From the IMG/VR virus record IMGVR_UViG_3300009159_008407: a stretch of DNA of 20,000 bases. One strand, 5' to 3'. Within the stretch, counting starts at the first letter, position 1, and each line of letters opens with the position of its first letter. The stretch comes from an uncultured virus (IMG/VR IMGVR_UViG_3300009159_008407) (lineage: Duplodnaviria > Heunggongvirae > Uroviricota > Caudoviricetes). This document shows, in pieces, positions 16,308-20,000 of the stretch. Under the pieces are notes generated by a model, which was given only the letters and a program-made list of their open reading frames with translations, did not search any database and had not been told where the DNA came from. The position numbers were made by a program, and so were the translations under genes.

Positions 16308-16825
16308 ACCCAGACGCAATTGAACAACAAAAAATGCTACTCAATTTAATGGGTAGCGTTTATGGTGAGGCTAGAAAAATTGATCAAAATTTAGTTGGTC
16401 AATCAGCTCATTTGAGACCTCAAAGTGAGCAGGTTAAGCAGTTGTTTGAGAGTACGTTGAGAAATGCTCAGCCACCTCCACCACCACAACCTCAATTTGC
16501 TCCACCACCTCAACTACCACCAAATACTGTTAATTTACCACATGTTATTCAACACCCACAAGAATCTAGACCTATTCAACTAGTTGATAATTCAGATATT
16601 GTTTCTATATTAAAAGGTATTGAAAGCAATCTTGGTAAGTTAGTAGAATTATTCACACAATATGAAGTTAAAGTTAAAAAAGCAACAAATCGAAAAGTTT
16701 CTAGAGTCTCTAGCGAAGATAAACGATCAGTGTATAGTGAAAGTGGAGAAGGAGAAAATATCGTCGATAGTAACGTCGACGGACAATACGTTGATCCTTT
16801 ACGCGATTCTAAACCATTCGAATGA
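16304..16825 (+). CDS. hypothetical Pro/Gln-rich protein
   Basis: ATGA-coupled to gp32; contains QPPPPPQPQFAPPPQLPP. The 3' 164 nt overlap the clamp gene. Confidence 0.7.
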   Translation: MNPDAIEQQKMLLNLMGSVYGEARKIDQNLVGQSAHLRPQSEQVKQLFESTLRNAQPPPPPQPQFAPPPQLPPNTVNLPHVIQHPQESRPIQLVDNSDIVSILKGIESNLGKLVELFTQYEVKVKKATNRKVSRVSSEDKRSVYSESGEGENIVDSNVDGQYVDPLRDSKPFE

Positions 16826-17372
16826 ATCCGAAAGATCCTTATGTATACCGGACTTAAAAAAACTTAATCGAGTTTTAGACTGTATTAATAGTGATGAAAT
16901 TGAACTCCAGGTTAATCAAAATAACCTGGAGTATAAATCCCCAGAAATTAAATTTAAATATCACCTTTTTGAAGATGATTTCATTGCACCCCCTTCAGTT
17001 AAACCTGAAAAGATTATGTCCTTTGATACCGACTTTACTTTTGAGTTGGTAAAAGAGGATTTTAGTAAAATTAATAAAGCTTCTACTTTTACTACCGAAA
17101 CTAATAAAATTTATTTTTATCTTGAAGATGGTATGGTAAAGTGTGAGCTTACAGATAAAGCTAGACATAATACAGATTCATTTCAATTGCAAGTAGGTAA
17201 AAATATAGTTGGTAATGAACTTAAAAATATACCTATTAACTTTGATAACTTTAAACTTATTAATTCAGATAATGTAAGTGTATCGATCAATAATAAGTAT
17301 GGGGTACTTATATTTGATATTGATCAAGGGCCGCTTAAATTAAGATATATTTTATCATCACTCACACAATAA
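16662..17372 (+). CDS. 45: DNA polymerase sliding clamp (gp45/PCNA-like)
   Basis: 236 aa with a clamp-like repeated pattern (FLESLAKINDQCIV, LCIPDLKKL, IKFKYHLFE, FTFELVKEDFSKINKAS); replication-cluster context. Confidence 0.7.
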   Translation: MKLKLKKQQIEKFLESLAKINDQCIVKVEKEKISSIVTSTDNTLILYAILNHSNESERSLCIPDLKKLNRVLDCINSDEIELQVNQNNLEYKSPEIKFKYHLFEDDFIAPPSVKPEKIMSFDTDFTFELVKEDFSKINKASTFTTETNKIYFYLEDGMVKCELTDKARHNTDSFQLQVGKNIVGNELKNIPINFDNFKLINSDNVSVSINNKYGVLIFDIDQGPLKLRYILSSLTQ

Positions 17373-17373
17373 C

Positions 17374-17727
17374 ATGGACCACATACTAACATACCAAGAC
17401 AAAAATAAGCTTAAAACATCAGGATATTTTATTAAGCGTTTAAAAGATAGTGGTTTTATTACTCTTAGAATATTCCAGAAATATGGGATTTCTGATCCAC
17501 GTAAGTGGACTATTCTTGTGGATCCAGGTGTTACATCTGTGTTTATTACATGTTATCAAAATAAAGAAAAACTTAATGAAATTATGTTTGAAATTGATGA
17601 TGGTGGGGTGAGGTTTCCTCGTAACTACTTTATCAAAACCCATTCTATTGAGGTTATTGTGGAATATTTGCTTGAAAAAGGTATATCACAAAATGACACA
17701 ACTAATCCGTTTTATAAACTGGATTAA
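17374..17727 (+). CDS. hypothetical protein
   Basis: 117-aa ORF starting 1 nt after the clamp stop. Confidence 0.7.
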   Translation: MDHILTYQDKNKLKTSGYFIKRLKDSGFITLRIFQKYGISDPRKWTILVDPGVTSVFITCYQNKEKLNEIMFEIDDGGVRFPRNYFIKTHSIEVIVEYLLEKGISQNDTTNPFYKLD

Positions 17728-17730
17728 ATA
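17723..17730 (+). promoter_or_regulatory. late-promoter-like ATTAAATA
   Basis: ATTAAATA-TGTTT-ATG(17736). Confidence 0.55.
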
Positions 17731-17735
17731 TGTTT

Positions 17736-18101
17736 ATGAGTGATGAACCTAAAAAATATAAAAGGAAAAAAATCACTCCCAAAGCACCTTCTCAAGATGA
17801 GACTGAGAAGGTGCAATCGAATATAGATATTAAAAATCTAATAAATGAAATTCTTTCTAACAAACTGAAAGAAGTAAAGAAAAACAAAGGGGTTGAAGAT
17901 ATTAATAATGCTCTTGTTTGTACAATAAGTGAATTTCTTGATTGTTTTATGTTATTAGGGTATAATAGTGAAGGTGTACCTATAGCTTTAACAAAATGTA
18001 ATACACCCATACATGCAGATGCATTACATTCATTACTAATGAAGTTTTTCGCAATTCAAATGGGTAAATTTAATGACAAATATGGTGGGGATGATTTTTA
18101 A
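17736..18101 (+). CDS. hypothetical protein with basic N-terminus
   Basis: Start at ATG17736 (MSDEPKKYKRKK) preferred because ATG17730 overlaps the late motif. Confidence 0.65.
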   Translation: MSDEPKKYKRKKITPKAPSQDETEKVQSNIDIKNLINEILSNKLKEVKKNKGVEDINNALVCTISEFLDCFMLLGYNSEGVPIALTKCNTPIHADALHSLLMKFFAIQMGKFNDKYGGDDF

Positions 18102-18366
18102 ACGAGAGCCTGAACCTAAAAAAAGCATACCATATGCTGTTCAGAATGGGCATTATGTAGGTGAAATGTTCGTTTACATGGAAAAGGATGATAAAAATTT
18201 TTATTTCATCTCTATTCCTAAAAATATAAACAGAGAAGTACCTAAAGATAGGTTTTTCTTCGGTGTTGAAAATAAAATACTCGAAGAAGTTGAAAAGTTA
18301 CCTAACAACATTTATAGTCTTTTAAAATCACAATATCTTTATAATAAAAATAAAGTTATTAAATAA
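18091..18366 (+). CDS. hypothetical protein
   Basis: ORF in the 18073 frame; ATG18091 minimises overlap with the previous gene. Start uncertain. Confidence 0.6.
   Translation: MIFKREPEPKKSIPYAVQNGHYVGEMFVYMEKDDKNFYFISIPKNINREVPKDRFFFGVENKILEEVEKLPNNIYSLLKSQYLYNKNKVIK
18358..18365 (+). promoter_or_regulatory. late-promoter-like ATTAAATA
   Basis: Same octamer as upstream of the DUF1501 gene, 13 nt before ATG18379. Confidence 0.45.
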
Positions 18367-18378
18367 TAAAAGACTACT

Positions 18379-20000
18379 ATGAAAAAACTTATAGCTATAT
18401 TAGTAAGTGTTTGCGCTCTATCATTTGGTGCAACTTTAGATCAACTTAACACATACAGTAGTAATATTGATTCTGTGTTACAAAAACAATACGTAGCAGC
18501 TAATGTTATACCACTTGGTAAAATTGATGATGATAAATTTTTACGACGAGCGTATCTTACAATAATTGGTAGAAATCCAACCTATGAAGAGTATGACTTG
18601 TTTAATAAAGCAACAGACCCTAATAAGAGACGAGGTTTAATACAGTTTCTTATGAACCATCCAGGTTATACATCACATATGTTTAACTTCTGGGCTGAAT
18701 CATTAAGATTGCGTGATAGAATTAACACCACTAACAATTTTTCTGGTGGTCCTTACATTGATTATGTTAAAGACTCAATCACAGCTAACAAATCTTATTC
18801 AAAGTTTGTTACAGATCTGTTAACATCAACAGGTTCATATTATGATAACCCAGCAACAGGATACTTCTATCGTGATTTAGGAATGCCATTAGATAACCTT
18901 ATTGGTACAGGTAAAGTATTCATGGGAACCGATATTGGTTGTGCACAATGCCATGATGATCCTTTCCAAGACTTCACCCAAATGCAGTTTTATAAGATGG
19001 CTGCTATGTTTACCCAGATAGAACTTAGAGGTCGTGGTAAAGATAAAGATCCAGCGGTAGCAGCTCGTCAGAAAGCTTTGAGAGAAGAAATTGATGCTAT
19101 AATTAAAGCTGATCCTATAAAGAACCGTGGGTTAAACAATACTATTAACAACTTTGTTAATGCTATGAGATCTAATATTGAAGTAGATGAAAAGCGTGTA
19201 TTGAAACTACCTCATGATTACAATTATAAAGATGCAAAACCAGGCGATGTTGTTATACCTGCAGTCCTTTCTGGTAAGACTGAAATTAACAATAAGGTTG
19301 ATATGAGAAAGGATGTTATTAGCTGGTTAGTTAACCCAAATCATCCAACATTCACTAAAAACATTGCTAATCGTTACTGGAAATGGGTGTTTGGTAAACA
19401 TATAATGGATAACTATGATAATATTCACGATGAAAAAGAGCTTAATGGTGAGCTTATGAACACTCTTGCTAAGATTATGGTAGACGTTAACTATGATACT
19501 AAGCAATTCCTGTATGTTCTTTACAATACAACATTGTTTCAAAGAGAACTCTATGACGGCATGTATACTAATACAGATAAATTTGTGTTCATTGGACCAG
19601 TCAAACAACGTTTAACAGCAGAGCAATTGTGGGATTCAGTTATGTCTATCGCTATTGCTAAGCCTGAAACATTTAAGTTAACTTTCCAAGATGAATATGT
19701 TAAAATAATGAGATATAATATCGAAGATTTAACAATTGATAAATTAAAAGCTAAAAACGAAGAATATCAAAAGGTAATTCGTTCAAAATATGAAGCAGCT
19801 CCAAAATATCGGAACTTTCCTCTAGTAAGAGCTTCAGAAGTTAATGATAACAACCCAGTTAATACCATTCTTGAACAACTTGGTCGTAGTGATCGTGAGT
19901 TAATTGATACATCTTCAAAAGAAGGTTCAGTTACACAGGTTATTTCTTTTATGAACGGTCAATTAGCTGAAGTTGCAATCAATAAAGATACTAATATTGC
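18379..20000 (+). CDS. DUF1549 (PSCyt2) + DUF1553 (PSD1) domain protein with Sec-type signal and CxxCH motif (partial, runs off the window)
   Basis: Translated by hand, no stop to 20000. MKKLIAILVSVCALSFGA signal; DDDKFLRRAYLTIIGRNPT; RDLGMPLDN; FMGTDIGCAQCHDDPF (CxxCH at 18940-18954); LKLPHDY; WLVNPNHPTFTKNIANRYWKWVFG; RLTAEQLWDS; RASE; GRSDRELID; QVISFMNG. Confidence 0.92.
   Translation, partial: MKKLIAILVSVCALSFGATLDQLNTYSSNIDSVLQKQYVAANVIPLGKIDDDKFLRRAYLTIIGRNPTYEEYDLFNKATDPNKRRGLIQFLMNHPGYTSHMFNFWAESLRLRDRINTTNNFSGGPYIDYVKDSITANKSYSKFVTDLLTSTGSYYDNPATGYFYRDLGMPLDNLIGTGKVFMGTDIGCAQCHDDPFQDFTQMQFYKMAAMFTQIELRGRGKDKDPAVAARQKALREEIDAIIKADPIKNRGLNNTINNFVNAMRSNIEVDEKRVLKLPHDYNYKDAKPGDVVIPAVLSGKTEINNKVDMRKDVISWLVNPNHPTFTKNIANRYWKWVFGKHIMDNYDNIHDEKELNGELMNTLAKIMVDVNYDTKQFLYVLYNTTLFQRELYDGMYTNTDKFVFIGPVKQRLTAEQLWDSVMSIAIAKPETFKLTFQDEYVKIMRYNIEDLTIDKLKAKNEEYQKVIRSKYEAAPKYRNFPLVRASEVNDNNPVNTILEQLGRSDRELIDTSSKEGSVTQVISFMNGQLAEVAINKDTNI

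Noticed and set aside
16470..16522. CCA/CCT-rich repeat-like tract
   Set aside because: Explained by poly-proline coding; not a DNA repeat array.
150..19608. Short alternative-frame and antisense ORFs in the track (e.g. 150-338, 6296-6766, 9689-10033, 16051-16323, 19327-19608)
   Set aside because: All are nested in well-supported genes and show no motifs; they are shadow ORFs.
1..20000. CRISPR arrays, tRNA/rRNA genes, stop-codon reassignment
   Set aside because: Intergenic gaps are all under about 90 nt with no repeat-spacer or cloverleaf pattern, and genes translate full length in the standard code using TAA, TAG and TGA stops.

Overview
AT-rich segment of a large T4-like (myovirus-type) phage genome covering the replication/recombination module: end of gp47, gp46, a GT-B glycosyltransferase, family-B DNA polymerase (gp43), UvsX, a free-standing HNH endonuclease, thioredoxin, a divergent QueC, a class II glutamine amidotransferase, a GT-A glycosyltransferase, gp41 helicase, gp32, a gp45-like clamp and several hypotheticals. 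Four things stand out. (1) The phage carries both halves of the DUF1501 + DUF1549/DUF1553 gene pair typical of Planctomycetota/Verrucomicrobiota, with export signals and late-promoter-like motifs; the second gene (18379 to the window end) is missing from the ORF track. (2) The HNH gene appears to have inserted into the catalytic Cys codon of thioredoxin: a 13-codon remnant MNSIKMLYFSAPW-TGA lies upstream and a recoded N-terminus lies downstream. (3) QueC lacks three of its four Zn cysteines and sits near a separate amidotransferase and glycosyltransferases. (4) Two promoter classes, TTGnnn-N16-TATAAT-like and TAAATA-N5-start, both predict leaderless or near-leaderless mRNAs. All family calls come from reading motifs by eye; no searches were run.
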